Shown piece by piece: positions 62,343 through 64,000 of a stretch of DNA of 64,000 nt; positions within the stretch are counted from its first letter, which is position 1, and the number at the start of each line of letters is the position of its first letter. A program made the position numbers and the translations under genes. The notes beneath the pieces are model-generated. The model had not been told where the DNA came from. It made no database searches and saw only the letters and a program-made list of their open reading frames with translations. Origin of the DNA: an uncultured Chloroflexia bacterium (lineage in GTDB: Bacteria > Chloroflexota > Limnocylindria > Limnocylindrales > CSP1-4); contig CAVVJT010000010.1 in the NCBI GenBank assembly GCA_963748625.1, forward strand, positions 1,280,001-1,344,000. The letters run 5' to 3'.

Positions 62343-63785
62343 ATGACCGACCCCGCCCGGACCGACCCGCTCGAGCCCGCCGTCTACCGGGCGAAGGGCC
62401 TCGGCTTCCGAACACGCCTGACGCTCTGGCTGGTCGCGGCGGCGGTGGTCCCGGTCGCCGTCTTCGGTGCGGTCGTCATGATCCTGGTGGCCGGCTCCCA
62501 AGGCTCCGACGGCACCGTGGGCCGCGTCCTGCTCCTGGTCGTCACCCTTGCCGTCGTCTTCGCGATCCTGCTGGCCGCCGTGCTCGCCGCGGACCTCGGG
62601 GCGCCGCTGCGCCAGATCGCGAGCTCCGTGGAGCGCGTGTCCGCGGGCGATCTCGCCACGCGCCTGGAGCTACCCGGCGACGACGAGTTCAGCCGCCTCG
62701 CCGAGAGCCACAACCGGCTCGCCGCAGACCTGCAACGCCGGAACCGCGAGCTCCGCCGGCTCCTCGACGCGCTGGGCCGCATGACGCTCGAGGACCGACC
62801 CGACACGATCGCGGCGAAGGCGGCGACGGCGGCACGTGACGCCTTCGACATGCTCGACTGCGAGGTCCTGCTGGTGGACCCGCGCGAGATCCCCATCGAG
62901 GAAGCCGTCCCCGGCGAGCCGATCCCCGTCCGGTCGCTGATGATCGCCGCAGGGTCCACCACGGGCGTCGTGACCGGCCGCCTCGCGGCCACCCGACGCT
63001 GGGATCGCGCAGACCAGGATCTCCTCGACCTGTTCGCCATCGAGATCGGGGGCGCCATCCGCAACGCCCAGCTGTACGCGCGGGTCGAGGACCAGAACAG
63101 CCGCCTGGTCGACCTCGACCGCGCCAAGGACGACTTCCTGCGCGGGGTGTCCCACAACCTGCAGACCCCGCTCGCGAGCATCCGCGGGTACGCAGGCCAA
63201 CTGGACGCGGAGCGGCCCGACCACCGCCTCGAGATCATCACCGAGCAGACCGACCGGCTGAGCCGCATGGTCCGCCAGCTCCTGACCGTGTCCCGCATCG
63301 AATCGGGTGCCCTCCGCTCCCGCCAGGAGGTCTTCGCCCTTGCGCCGCGGGTGCGCCGCACCTGGGAGGCGCTGGGGGTTGCCGACGTCCCGTTCACCCT
63401 CGAGGACGGGGCCCGGGGCTGGCTCGCCGTGGGCGACCCGGACCAGCTCGAACAGGTGCTGTGGGCCCTGCTCGACAACGCGGTGGTGTACGGCGGCCGC
63501 ACGGCGGTGGACGCGGCGGTCACGATCGACGAGACGGCCTCGGTCCTGCGGATCGACATCGCGGACCATGGCCCGGGCGTCATGGACGAGGATCGCGACC
63601 GCCTGTTCGGGCGCTTCGAGCGCGGCTCCGAGCGCCCGAGCGGCGAGGGCTCGGGGCTCGGGCTCTACGTCTCCCGGGAGCTCTGCCGCACGATGGGCGG
63701 CGACCTAGAGATCGCCCCGGCGGTGCCCGGCTGGGGAGCGGTCTTCACGATCACGCTCCCCGCGGAGGTTCCGGAGGAGTCCTGA
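62343..63785 (+). CDS. Sensor histidine kinase (2 TM, HAMP, GAF-like, HisKA, HATPase)
   Basis: H-box SHNLQTPL, LLDNA, DHGPGV, GSGLGL. Confidence 0.9.
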   Translation: MTDPARTDPLEPAVYRAKGLGFRTRLTLWLVAAAVVPVAVFGAVVMILVAGSQGSDGTVGRVLLLVVTLAVVFAILLAAVLAADLGAPLRQIASSVERVSAGDLATRLELPGDDEFSRLAESHNRLAADLQRRNRELRRLLDALGRMTLEDRPDTIAAKAATAARDAFDMLDCEVLLVDPREIPIEEAVPGEPIPVRSLMIAAGSTTGVVTGRLAATRRWDRADQDLLDLFAIEIGGAIRNAQLYARVEDQNSRLVDLDRAKDDFLRGVSHNLQTPLASIRGYAGQLDAERPDHRLEIITEQTDRLSRMVRQLLTVSRIESGALRSRQEVFALAPRVRRTWEALGVADVPFTLEDGARGWLAVGDPDQLEQVLWALLDNAVVYGGRTAVDAAVTIDETASVLRIDIADHGPGVMDEDRDRLFGRFERGSERPSGEGSGLGLYVSRELCRTMGGDLEIAPAVPGWGAVFTITLPAEVPEES

Positions 63786-64000
63786 GGCGCGCGCAGCGCC
63801 CGATGCCCGGATCCGGACCGGGAGCCGTGTCTGTTAGGTGTGCTGCAAGGTGCTCGGACGATAGTTGCCCTCGCCACGGCCGGGGGGTCGACCCATGTCA
63901 GGGGCACCTTGTGCACAGTGGCGCACCGTTGATGAGACCGCCTTCCCGGTCCACAGCATCTCCCCGCCGCCGCTTTCGCGGCCAGTCGCTGGTGGAGTTC

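Overview
Very GC-rich bacterial chromosomal window, mostly housekeeping and accessory metabolism. The gene style is loosely suggestive of a monoderm Chloroflexota or Actinomycetota-like organism, but I cannot prove the taxon from sequence alone. It holds about 55 CDSs: an osmoprotectant ABC importer, a GT2/flippase/GT-C glycosylation trio, gadB, gltBD, a thiolase, an enoyl-CoA hydratase, fumC, ppgK, a K+ channel and CPA2 antiporter, purK-purE, and two paralogous OmpR/HisKA two-component systems. Most interesting signals: (1) an intact IS110-family element (57094-58342) whose bridge-RNA guides can be read from the sequence and match its flanks and circle junction, inserted into the arm of a small palindromic element; (2) a dispersed 146-bp element in four copies, with fixed length and four 13-bp palindromic boxes at 41/51/41-bp spacing but diverged linkers; (3) a 1875-aa MMPL-YhgE/Pip fusion under a divergent TetR; (4) GrpB-PurK and MoxR-VWA fusions; (5) a single-gene cassette flanked by a 19-bp duplication of the thiolase 3' end; (6) further palindromic repeat families, intergenic tandem repeats and many apparently leaderless genes. 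Five genes carry single-base frameshifts that are probably consensus errors. No rRNA, tRNA or CRISPR array was recognised.
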